A stretch of 64,000 bases of DNA from a virus. The DNA is taken from positions 7,534-71,533 of the IMG/VR virus record IMGVR_UViG_3300010158_000061. The stretch is one strand, 5' to 3'. A program made the position numbers and the translations under genes. Shown here piece by piece: positions 36,071-48,800 of this stretch. The notes beneath the pieces were generated by a model. That model was not told where the DNA came from. It did not search any database and saw only the letters and a program-made list of their open reading frames with translations. Each line of letters begins with the position of its first letter. The first letter of the stretch is position 1.

Positions 36071-36671
36071 CAGCACTAATATTGCTTAAAGTCTGTATTC
36101 TTAACGTGTAATCAATTTGAATTTGTCGATTCAAACTCTTTTGCACAGGGTGAAAAATTACATGTGTAATTAGACGTAATATTTCAGCTGACCCGTTCCA
36201 ACATTTTAGTCCCAATTCATCAAACACATATTCTCCATTGAAGTCTGTAGAATTATCAAATGCTTGTTGAGTCGGGGGTTCACCATAGTCTAATAAACAC
36301 GTTACTAAAATATCAGAGTAAATATTTCCAGATGTGTGTAAAACTGACATTTTGTTATTAAGGGGGTCTATGTCAGCGGCTGAATTATCATCAACTACTT
36401 TTTGGTATGTTTGATTGTATAAATCAGCATTTTGTCCTGTGGTGTTTGGTGGTAGATATGTGATAACGCCCGTGGGGTCTACGCTTGATCCGCCATTGCC
36501 AAATGCCATTTGATAGATGTAACCGGTATTGCGGTCACTCAATGTCTGTGCCATCGCTATACTAATATTTTCATAATGAATAGCGTTCTTTTTGTCCACA
36601 AGAACTTCGCCTGAGACAGGGTCGTGTATTTTAACAAACCCTTCAATCTTGCATAAACCTGGAGTTATCAT
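36066..36671 (-). CDS. putative baseplate/virion structural protein (201 aa)
   Basis: FDELGL...LITHVIFHPVQKSLNRQIQIDYTLRI; position in the baseplate module. Confidence 0.65.
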   Translation of the reverse strand: MITPGLCKIEGFVKIHDPVSGEVLVDKKNAIHYENISIAMAQTLSDRNTGYIYQMAFGNGGSSVDPTGVITYLPPNTTGQNADLYNQTYQKVVDDNSAADIDPLNNKMSVLHTSGNIYSDILVTCLLDYGEPPTQQAFDNSTDFNGEYVFDELGLKCWNGSAEILRLITHVIFHPVQKSLNRQIQIDYTLRIQTLSNISAV

Positions 36672-36817
36672 GCTCGTCCCTCCACATAAGTCTTTTGGGT
36701 TTTTGGATCAAAAATTCTCAGGTGAGCTTGCACTGAGATTGACCCAGTTTCGTTAGGTCTACGAGGTTTTTCCTCTTTTTTGGGTTCAACTGTTTGTTTT
36801 GACTGTGTATTTGACAT
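36668..36817 (-). CDS. 49-aa micro-protein (MSNTQSKQTVEPKKEEKPRRPNETGSISVQAHLRIFDPKTQKTYVEGRA)
   Basis: Not in the ORF track. TAAATA at 36825-30 upstream and ATGA coupling to 36671; resembles the N-terminus of the downstream protein. Confidence 0.75.
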   Translation of the reverse strand: MSNTQSKQTVEPKKEEKPRRPNETGSISVQAHLRIFDPKTQKTYVEGRA

Positions 36818-36824
36818 GGTCTTT

Positions 36825-36830
36825 TATTTA
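36825..36830 (-). promoter_or_regulatory. TAAATA late-promoter-like motif
   Basis: GGTAAATAAAAGACC-ATG(36817). Confidence 0.5.
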
Positions 36831-36836
36831 CCTTGT

Positions 36837-39800
36837 TTATAACCCACGCAAGAACCTTGCGGCCTGCGTATCGGTATCTTGTAATGCTATTCCGTTGCTA
36901 GGTGTTCCAACTCCCAGTTGGTACCAAGTGGTAGCACATTGTCTTACTAGTATAGTAACATCTATTCCGGCTGGCGGGGCCTCGAGTGCTGGGTATTCTG
37001 CACCGTCAACCACAAACTCAATTGCAACAGGGTCAAATTGGCTTATGACCCAACGATACTGACTTGTTGCACTTGTATCACTGTAGGCATATTGTCGTAT
37101 ACCACCCACATAAACTTCAATGGCATCAACTTCAACAGTGCTGTCATCAAATGTGCCAACATCTATGCTAGGTGCGTAGAATATAGTTGTACTGCCATCA
37201 CCGGTTGAACTATCACTCACTATGTAATTTTGTAATGGTTCAGGCAATAAATTCACTCGATTCATGTTGTAAACATTAGTATCAGTTATGTGATCAGCTG
37301 CCGCAGTTCCTGCAGTTCCTCTAAATAATCCACTCACAGTGTTGAGTGCAACATTTCTTACCCGGTACATTATTCTTTCCCCGTCGATGATTATTACACC
37401 AAATTTGCCTAAACTTAAATTTGGTTCTGCAAGAGCTAGGGAATTTTGTACATATATTATATCATCTGTTGCACTCAGATCTTGTGTTAATATTGTTGTG
37501 GTATCAAGAGTAATTCTGTATGTGGCTTGTACTCCGCGCATGTCTTGAAATATACGGAAGGCTATTGCGTCTGGTACTATACTACTTGTAAATTCTGTTA
37601 CTACCAACACTTGTGCTGAGTTAATAATACCGCTAGATAAAATCAAATAGTCTCCAGCTGGGTTGTTATCGGTTGCGTCTTGGTACGTTACAATAAAATC
37701 ACGACCTTCAAAAAGTCTGTAACCATCAAGGGTTACCCATAATCTGCTGGCCAAAACTCCAGTTCTTTCTAGATAAAAATTATTGGTGTTGATTGCAATA
37801 CCAACGGCATAATCAAACGATCCCGGGTAATTGTCGGCACTAGCTGGACTGTAATTGGTACTAGCAAATCCTTCAGCTAGTGTTAATCCAGTAACTGTTG
37901 GTCCAATAAAAACCATAGTTAACGGGAATTGTTGTGATGTGTCATTCCAAGTCGTAATGTTAAAAATATCATTTAAATTCACTATTGGGGCAATTGTTAA
38001 CTGGTTGCTAACTACACTGTAATCTGCTTGAGTGCTTTCGCTAATTAAAATTATTGCGCCGCTCGGTGGGGGTAAGCTAAACACAACTTGTCGGCCTGGA
38101 GTATTGCTGCCAGTCCACGGAGTAACAATGTATGTTCCAATATTTAATCCGTATGTTTGTGGTTGTAAAATGTTATCAATCCATACTGTGATATCTGTTG
38201 CTGGATTAATTTGGTCTTGACCAATTGTAATACGTTGTGGTAACCCAAAGCTCACACTAGAGTCGTCCCCTATCCATTCTATTCCGGCGGCCGGAATTAA
38301 TCTTTTGCCATTTTGCGTGACAATTAAATTAGCCGGATTAGTCCCTTGCATGCTGTTGGTCAATGTTATGGTTTTTGTACTTACTGTTGCGGCAGTTGCA
38401 ATAAATGTTTGTGATTGTGGAGTGCTCCACTCGTAATTGGTTGACGCTTTGCCTGTGCCCGATCCTACACCAGTTGCAGTAAATGTTACACCCACTGTAT
38501 TGCTTGCGGCTCCCACAGAAACAAAATTGGTTGTGCCCAACTCGGTTATTGTGTACTGTCTGCCAATAACAAAATATCCAGCGTCAATTGTTGATACCCC
38601 AAACGCTGTTAATGAAATTCCATCGCCCACACCATAGGTAGTGCCAAAATCTACTAACGATTCTAATATTGGTGTAAACTCTAACCAATATAGGAAGTTA
38701 TTAAGGGTAATTCCGGGTATTGTATCTTGAAGGGCTCTATAATATACCCCTTCATAATTTACAACATCTAATGTTACATAACTGTCGTTAATATTCCAGT
38801 CTGTGCTGGCTGTATACGGTTCCCAAGTGGCTCCGCTAGTTATAGCACCATTAACAAAAATTGCCAGACTTAGTATTTCGCTAGAGTTTACAGGAATTAC
38901 AACCGAACTTCCAACATTTTCGCCCATGTAATTAGCGCGATACAATTGACTTCCGCCACCAATTTCGTATACATTAATATTAAGTAAATCTCCGTTAGCA
39001 ACGGTATAATTTCCTCTAGCAGAGTTGTACACTTCGAGCACAGTTATAGTTTGATGGTCCCAATCAATAGTGTAATCAATACCAGCTGTGAGATCCAAAT
39101 TTGTAGTCATATTACTGACTAATACTTGTACTGGTGTATTAACTACTCCGGCCCAACTAAATGTATCAGTAATTACAGAATTGTATGTGTAGCGAATACT
39201 GGATGTTTGAAATCCGTGTCCGTCTCTATTCCAGTCTGCTCCGGGGCGGGTGTACACACGCATGTCTAGTGTGTCAAATTCTGCTCCATTTACTAATTCT
39301 TCGGGGCTATGTCCTTCGTACAAGCCAATGAACTCACCACCATCAACATTGATGTCCGATGGCAGTTTACCTAATGTAGCATCAGTAAATTCGCTTTGAT
39401 AAATTGCATCCGTAGCCGTTGGATCACCAAGGAAATAATTCCCGTATACCTGGACTCCAGGATAGGCAATGCCATCAATTAATAGTGGCAAATCCATGCC
39501 CGGTTCGTTCACACCGGGAACATAATATCCTTGTGTTCGGTCAATGCCAGACAATTCACGAGCTGGAACTAATTTCCAATCTTCAAGATTAAAATTAGGT
39601 CCAACTACTGCTGTTGAGTCCAGGCTTGATGCTTTCCATACCCGATTGTCATACCTTACTAATGTGCCATCTCGATAGGTGCCAGACTCGTTCCAGTCTT
39701 GTACATCAGAGAAATATTGGAATCTATCATACTTGATAGTAGTTTTAATACTTCTTACCAATCCAGTATAAGTGCTAGTAACCACATCGTAATTCATCAC

Positions 39801-42800
39801 AGTATATCCAGTGGCAACAACACCAACTCCATTGCCGCCCGAAAATGTCACAGTAGGGGTTGCAGAATATCCAGAACCACCGTCTGTTATCACAACACTA
39901 GCAACTTGTCCAAAGCTGTTGATTATTGCTACACCTGTTGCTGGAACTACTGCATCACCAGTAAACACAACAGTCGGAGCGTTGGTATATCCAGAACCAC
40001 TAGTAATAACCGTGACCGATGTTACTTTTAGCAGATAATTGTTATACCATTGATTATAAGGCCAATCACTCCACAATGTACTAATCGACGGTACATTACT
40101 TTCTGTAGTCAGGGCCGAATTAAATGCATCACTTTGTGCATATGGCAACAAAATTGGGCTAGTGTACTTGGGAGTTATCAAAGAGGTATTATAATATGCC
40201 GGCAAGTCAAAGTCATTCATATCTCCAAAAAATTTGCCAAATCCATCATATTGCAAATTAAATTCTCGTATGGTAACGTGATAAGGCTTAACTTCTTTAA
40301 TATAATCTAATACAAATTCTTGATTGTCGCGAACATAATTTTGATAAGGTATTAATTGACGAATCCTGTGATTAACGTCAATTAAACTAGTTTTAACCAG
40401 CCACTCTGGAGCCGAGAATTCGCTCAATACAAAATTAAACATCAGTGTTATGAGACGATTACGTTCAATTGCTAATTCATCAATTAATATTTCTTCATTG
40501 AGGGCACGAATAATATAACGTGTTTCTGTTGTGGGTTCTTGATCAAAATATTGTGCGTCAAACACTTCAATATCAAATCCAAATCTGCCAAGTTGGTAAT
40601 CCCATATTTCGGCTGAAATTTCTACTGTTCCGTTTTGTAGTACTACTCGTTCCCACCCAATATCAGTCAACAAATAAATTTCATACTGACCCTGAGCATT
40701 AGCGATGACCTCAACACTGCTGCCAACCGGAACAGAAAGGGTTGCTAGTGCTGAATATGCAGGAACTTTGGTTAAAATCTTAACTCCAGCATTATACCCG
40801 GGTTTAACCCAATCAATATAACTCCAGTATGCAGGTGTATTATATCCTTGAACTTGTGTTAATTTTAATATTCTTTCGCCAACTACAACATCGCTTGTTT
40901 CAACTGTGTAAATTGTCCATAGACCACGTTGACTGCTGTCTGTGTTAACAAGATATTTGTATCCTAGGGGCACAGAGTAAATATTTTGAAATCCAAGAAT
41001 TTCTAAATTATCAACTTGTAAATTCCAATTTGTGATTGTATTACCGTCAATAATTTCTGTTTGTGGCGGCTCGGGCTCACTTGCGCCTAACAACTGAAAG
41101 GTTCGAATTTCAGTTATAGGATATTGTGCTAATATTTTATTGGCTCTTGTGAGATAATTTCGTAATGCCTCAAACCGATCTACAAAAGTACTTTGTCGTG
41201 GTCTAAATAATGCACCATAACGGTCAGCTGGAGTTAATTTAGGATCAGGAACTTTGTTACCAAATGAGTCAACCCCACAAAAGCTGTCCTGAGATTTAAG
41301 ATATAAATTATCGCTAAGTATTCCGTCGGGATTATCTTGTGGGAACAATTCGTATTCCACGTGAACATTATCGTCGGTCAATTCGCGATCAAATTCAATG
41401 CTAACGACAGTATCACTGGCCGCAATATAATTGGCACTATTGTAAAGAGCAATTGTACTAGAATTGATTGGTGCCATGTAAGGAATACCGCTGGCTTTAG
41501 GATCTGTAATATAAGATGCTATTGTACTGATTGGCAATGTTTTGTTGACCTTGGTAGAAGTCACTGTGATGTCTCTTACCCAGAAATAATATTCTGTAGC
41601 AAATGTACCATCTTTGGTCAATCGAGTATTCAGAGTATACGATAAAGTACTGTATGGTGTACCTTCACCAGTATAATTTGATGGGGGTGTGGAACTTACT
41701 ACCCACTGATATACATCAACTACACTTCCAGGAAATAATTGTGCCCATCGACGACTGGCGTATGTGATATTATCTTGATTGGGATCAATAAATCTAACTG
41801 TACTAGTGTCCCACCAGACTTCGCCTACGTGATCTGCAAACCAAGTGGTACCCCGAATATTGTTTGATCCAATATTATAAGAAGCGGGATCAATTGCGCC
41901 AATATAATTAATGTTTTGTTTGGCGGCGCCAAGAATCTTGCCCTGTAAAGGATTAATAAAATCTAAAAATTCAGTCTTTGCCCCTGTAATTTTATCATAC
42001 AAGAATACACTATTCAACAATCTCACATCAACTGTGGGCTGTTGAATTTGTTTGATACCCCAGGCAGGTGCTTTATTTGAATTTTCAAATACAAAAACTG
42101 CGCCATAATTTAGACTACTATCACCCGCATCATTTTTAGGTGCACCGGCCACAAGGAAACCAGATGTGTAATTAACTGCGGTGCCATAAGCATCATACGG
42201 AGCCACATCGGTGTTGTTTACTTGTTGTCCAAACACAAACTTTCCTGGATTTGAAAGTGTTGAGGTCGAGCTTGGCAAATAATCATATGTGTAAACCGCT
42301 CCGCTTTGTATAAACAATGAGAAGAATATAGTAGTGCCAGCGTCAAAGAAAGTAGTGCCATCATCAAATATTGTTATAAGATATAGTGATCCTTTGGGGC
42401 ATCCTACCACAAGATTCACAGCAGAATCATCGATATTCAAACTGCTACCAAAGCCAGCATATTCCACAGGGTATGGGCTTTCAATAGTCTGGGTCCACAC
42501 AAAGTTGTTAAGTCCTAACAAAGAAAATACACCATTTCCGTATGAGACTGCGCCGGGTGCCACTTGTAATTTGTTAAACGGTGATGTAGCGTCGGGATTT
42601 TTTACTGAAAGAGTAAGATATCCCGAGGCACTTACTGTAGCCAAAACATTAGGAACACCAGTTTGTGAACCAACCGGAATGCCGTTAATTTGATCAGCTA
42701 AGCCTTGTACCGTTGGGTTACTGGCAGGAACTTCAACTTCAAAATTGTTGATGCTAATAGTGTCGCCTGCAATCAACGTAGGGTTAGCCACAGTTGCGGT

Positions 42801-45800
42801 AATTGTTCCATAAATGCGACTTTGATTTACAAATCGTTCAACAACTCCACCTTTGAAAATTTGTTGGCTGCTTTGTGGCTCTCCTACATATATGCTACAA
42901 TCATTAGAGCACATATCCAATGCAGAACCAAAATTACAAAATTCGGCCACAGTATTTTGTGTCACTACCTGTGGTTGGGGGAAGTAATTGGTTTCAATTT
43001 CAATAATATCACCAACATTTAAAGTTTTATAAATGGTAACGGTATTGCCATACACTGTGAATGAATTTGATGCATCACTTGTGCTAATAACACTATTGGT
43101 TTGATTGATCAAGAATTGATTGTTGACCAGTACACTGATCGGTCCAGATATTGTACCAAGTACAGTGTATGCGTTAGTTGAATCGTCATTCTTGACAAAT
43201 TTTTGTACATTGCGATTGAATACAAAGACCTCTCCGGCTTCGGTTTTGCTACTAACAGTTGAATTAGAAGCACCAATAATAACTTGTCGTCCGTCAGTAC
43301 TACAAGATACTGATTGGCCCACACGAAGTCCGCTAGTTATTCCGTATGTCACTGGATTAAGTGTTGCCGAGAGTGTGTAATACCCTTTGGAACTTACCAC
43401 AGCATAATCGCCGGGGCCTAACGTTGTAACAAAAGTAAGTGTGGTTCCACTGAGTGTATAGTCAATGTTGGGTCTCCATAATACAGTATTAACTTTGACT
43501 GAGAATGAATCTATATTATTAGCTTTGACATTGAACAATCCTACTTTTCGACCTTGGTCATCAATACCGTGGGCCAAGTCAAAAGTGGCAGTCAGCAACG
43601 GTAACTGGAACGAGTCCCAGCGAGCAAACTTGATCAATAATCCGTCGGCAGGAGGTGTTGTAAAAGTTACTGTGCTAAAATTACCTGCTACTGTAAAATC
43701 AACTCCCGGAGTTTGTACCACAGTGTTTACGGTTACTTGTACTTGCCAGGCATCGTTAATTTGTATCGCATTGTTGATAATATATGTAGTTGTGGCTCCA
43801 TCAGCTACAGCACTGGTACTTTGCTCTTGCCAGTCAACATAACCATATGCATACACTGTGCCTACACCTGAGTTGTAGCCCGGCGCACCAATATACATCC
43901 AACGTTCATCTAAACTCATAGCAACTGAATAGCCAAACTCTGCGCCTGTATACCCACCGCCCAATGGGTTGAGCAATTGCCATGTGGTGTACGGTGTTGA
44001 TCCGTTGCCGCCTAGCACAGGGTCACGATACACTACACAGGCAGATCCAGTGTTGGCAATATTTCCTGTTGGGCTTCCGCTAAGGCTTGCTGATGCACCG
44101 GCCACTGCCCATGTACGATTACCAAAATCTATAGCATTGCCAAATCCTCGATCTCCCATGTCTTGCACAGGATCAGACAAAGACAGAATAGCATCTTCGC
44201 CCTCTAGTGGTGAAATATATTGACCATCATAGCCGGGTACATAAACATACACCCCGCCATGACTACTATTGTAGTTTGGGCTACCAACTAGCAATGCCGC
44301 TTGATTACGACCTTGTGCTACACTGGCGCCATATTGTTCATTTGGCGCAAGAATTTGTGGTTCTAATGAAACGACACTGGAAAATACTGTGTTCTTTTCC
44401 AACACTTCCCATAAACCGTCACCGTTATTATCAATCCATACTCTGGCACCTGGCAAGATGTCGTTTGCATAAGGCAAATTAACAACATCGCTGGCCTGAC
44501 TTACCCGCATAGTTTGTAATGTTAATCCTATGCCAGTACCATTTGCAACTGTTCTTCTGCTGGTTGGAGAAAATGCAAAAGCAATGTTTACTGTAGTTAA
44601 ATCTAAAACCGACAGCACTTGATAAACACCGTTAATTTCTACGTCAAAAAACTTAATGATTAATTTATTGCCAGCAACCAATCCATGATTACCGCTAAAA
44701 ATTACTCGGCTGGTACCATTTAAATTGTCACATACGTGTTGTATTTGTCCAGGTACTGCTTGCGCACGATATATGTTCCAATCGTAATTATTAATTTTAG
44801 CGACCCATATACTTGTACCAACTTCAATAGAATCAATATTGGCATTCAAACTAGAATTGTTTGAAATATCAAAAACTTTTATGTCGGCATCATTAACATT
44901 TACATAGCCTGCTGTGGGTAATCCAGTATCAGTAGGTAATTCGGTTGTGGTTGGTAAAATGTTTGGGCTGGTAAGTTTATAACTTTGTTTCCAAACATCG
45001 CTTAAAAATATTGTTTGGTCAGCCAAGCTTTCTTGGCCCGGTACTATAACTTGAACAAGACTAGGATTAGAACTCAACAAGGCTCGGTCTAAACGCAATT
45101 CAAAGAAACTTCGATTGGCGTTGGCCCCATAAATTGCTCGTTGTACCGCCCAGTTTTCGTAGATAGTATAGTCAGCGGCTTCTTTACTGAGGTTAGCTGA
45201 TTTAAATAACTCGGCGCTGAGTATAGTACCCTTGGTGTCAAGAAATTGTTTGTAAACATTTACCTGACTGACGTCGTCTAAATTCAAGGCAGCCATGTAT
45301 TGTCTAGGTTTAAATCCTATTAATCCATAACTCAACAGATCGTTGTCAAGCTCAATATTGGCTGTATTAATATTATAGCTGTTGACTAACTGGTTGGCTT
45401 TGTTGGCAATATTAGGTAACAATCCAATTTCAGTTTGAGTATAATTACTTTGTGTCCAGTCGTCAAAATTAAACTTTACGCCAGGCTGTACAATTTTTAA
45501 TGCAGACCAATAAACATTTTTATATTTGACTAGTTCACCTTTACTATATGTTCTTAGCCCAGTCCATTCTTCTACATTGTTTTGATTTAAAATAAATCCT
45601 GGAGTGTCAATCGTACCGTTCCAATCAGCAGTAGTCACTGCTACAAGATTCAGTCGATTTTGTCTAGCACCGGTTGTAGGATCATATATTAAATCTCCAA
45701 AAGCACTTTTATTGCTCAGCACAATCATATGTTCATAGTTAGTAAATCTTAAATCTATAAAACTAATGTTTTGCGTAGTCAGCGGTTGAATTGTAAATGT

Positions 45801-48800
45801 GTTATTAGTTCTTATAATGTTTAGCGTACGAGTAGGCAATTCTCTTGAATTTTGATCTAACAATAAATTTTCTGTAGTTTCAGTGGTTATATTGTCTACA
45901 ATTGCGCCTGCTCGAGTAACTGTAAGCCCACCGGCCAAAGGATTCAAATTGATAATAGCGTCTGTATTCCAGCCTTGCTGACTCCAGTATAAAAATTCGT
46001 CAACCATCCTAGGCCAGTCCAACATATAACCATTTGCTCGGTCAGTAAAGGTTAGGCCTTGTGTTTCTAATAATTTGTTATAGCTCAATAAAAAATCACT
46101 TACCGCAGTTTCATTACTGAATACAAATCCATAAGGCACTTGTACCACTGTATCGGTGTAGAAAGTTGGTACCCTGACAGTTATACCGCCAGCACTATAT
46201 TCTTGCAATCTGCCCACAGCCTGGCTTTGTAGTATTTCAAAATAGGCTTGAGTAGTCCCGTATCCAAATACTGCATATCCACCTGAGACTTTTTGTACAG
46301 CCACAGCACTATATCTTATGCTATCAAATGGCTGGTTTTTGTACAATACAATATCGTAACTTTCGTCTGGAATCATTAATGTTGTGTTTGTTGAATTGGG
46401 ACTGGATTTTTCAGTAAAAACTTTGATATATTGTTTGTCTGAATAGCTGGCCATACGGTAACATAATCTCACATCAAGGTTGTCAAGATCAGCTGTGAGT
46501 ATTGCTGTGCTATCAATGCCAATTTGTCTGTTAAAATCCACAATCCAATCAATGTAACTGGCTTTGCTAATTCCGTTGCCATACACTTCAATATTGTTGG
46601 CATTTAATCTATAACGTTGATTGTAAAGATATTGATCATAATCTGTATCAAATTTGTACAAATCTCTATCAGCAAACAAGGCAAAGAACTTTGCAGGTCT
46701 TGTGACTGCCAACACATGCATTACAGAAAATGCATACGCAGAACTGTTCCACCACGATGCTTCAACCGGCCCGCCATCACCTAGTGCCCAGCTTTTGTTA
46801 AATTTGGCGCCAAGACTATAATTGAGCGGTGCCGTTCCAGCTACGCTGTTTAACGGACTTAATAATTCGCCCTCAGACCCAGTTGGTATAACTGTTGTTA
46901 GCCCAGGTCTTGCATAATTAGATTTGTAATATGGTGCTATAGGATCAGCCACATAACCTGCTTCTAGGTCATCCCACAAGTTCATGTTGTCAGCAGTATA
47001 CGGTGCTGGGCCATAGGTGTTTTCCCACCAATCTGGTTCAACAGCAAATCCCAGCATTTCCCAAGGAGTGTAACTAGGTTGTTCGGTGTCATAATAATAT
47101 CTATAAATTCCACGCCAGGCACCCAATAGTGGTTGATTGTCAAGTCGACCATTTACATTGCTGTAGTTCCAGGTAAATTCATTGGTGGCAGAGTAGTCTT
47201 GTTGTTTATAATCTAGTTTGTTCCATCCGCAATAACTCAAAAAATCTCCGGCAAAAATATTGTTGATTTGCTCATAGGTATAACCGGTGTCTCGAAATTC
47301 ACCAGGGAGTACATCAACCAAAGTCATTGGCACAGGATTGTCATCCAACTTCAAGTTACTGTAAATTCTAGTTTCAAATTCTAATAGTACTGCATCGCGT
47401 ATGTCTCCAAACAAAGGAGTTAAACTTCCATCATGTCCTTGTATAAACTCTGTAACACCGTTGCTGACAACCCTAGAAACTATAGCTGGCCGAAATGCTG
47501 GGTATAATCCCAACTTTGTGGGAGTATTCGGAACAAAGCTGCCATAGGTGGCATTGTATTCGTTGATAGTGACCACATCTCCAATGTTAAGCGTAACCAA
47601 AATAGTCAGTGTGGGATTAGTCGATACTGTGTAATCACGGCCTCTTTCCAATAGTACATCATTTAAATAAACACAAAGTCCAAGATAGTTTGCTGATTTA
47701 AAATCATAAACTTGTACAGTGTCAAAAGTGGGTTGTGTGGTGTAACCTACAGTGTAGTTGTTGCTGGCAAATATTACTCCAGTAGGCAACATATCACTCC
47801 AATAAAATGGCTGTGTATCTACTTTGCCAAACGTAATATCTTGTATTGCTGTGTCAAGAATGTTGGCTGTGTTTTTAAATGCAATATTTTCTTGGGTCAA
47901 TACTGCATCTAACATTTTGGCTTTGTACTTGATGTATTCGCGACTGTTGTATTGCAAACTAGCAAAAATATTAAAATCTGGCGATCTCATGAAATATCCA
48001 GCCAATGTCAACGGAGAGCTTTGTTGTAATATAGTTAACCCATAAGGAATAATATTGCCAAGATCTCTAGTGTTGTTAGAGCCGTTAATTTTGCCTGTTA
48101 ATGTGATTAAGTTTTGACAGATACTTTCGTAGTGTGTGCGAATTGTTCCCAAAGTAAATGCAGGACTGTTTGCATTAAGTGGATTACTTTGTAAATTGTC
48201 AGGAACTTGGTAGAATCCTACTTTACTAGGTTGGCTGCTTAAAGCTGCCACTTCGATCACATCTGTTGGTAGGTATGTATTTGTAAGTGTTATTACAGTA
48301 CTGTCAGTTCCAACGGTATACGTATATAGGCCAGGGTCTAAAAATATACTACCTATATATATTTTAATTACAGGAACTGCAATAGAAGATTGTGCATTAA
48401 CTTCAACGTCTAGCTTGAGTGTGGCACCAGTATATGTAAATTTAAATTGCTGATATATTTGTTGTGGCACAACTGCACTTTGCCACCCAATTAATTTTTT
48501 ATAGGCTGTGCGACCTGCATATTGTTGTACTGCTCCAGAGCTGATATCTTGTGTTACGCTAACATTGTCTACCACATAGATAAACGTATCAACATATAAA
48601 TTGTTATCAAATACAATGTCACCAACGTTGTTGATGTTTAAATATTGTAATGGCAGTTGTAGTATAGGATCAAGTATAGTAGTATCACCGACTGCATAAC
48701 TAAACAGTTTTGAACCTGTAAAATTACTAGACGGATATTTTATTTGATTACCAAAGCTGATGTTATCTCTATCATAAACATTAAAAAGTGGTGCTTGTTG

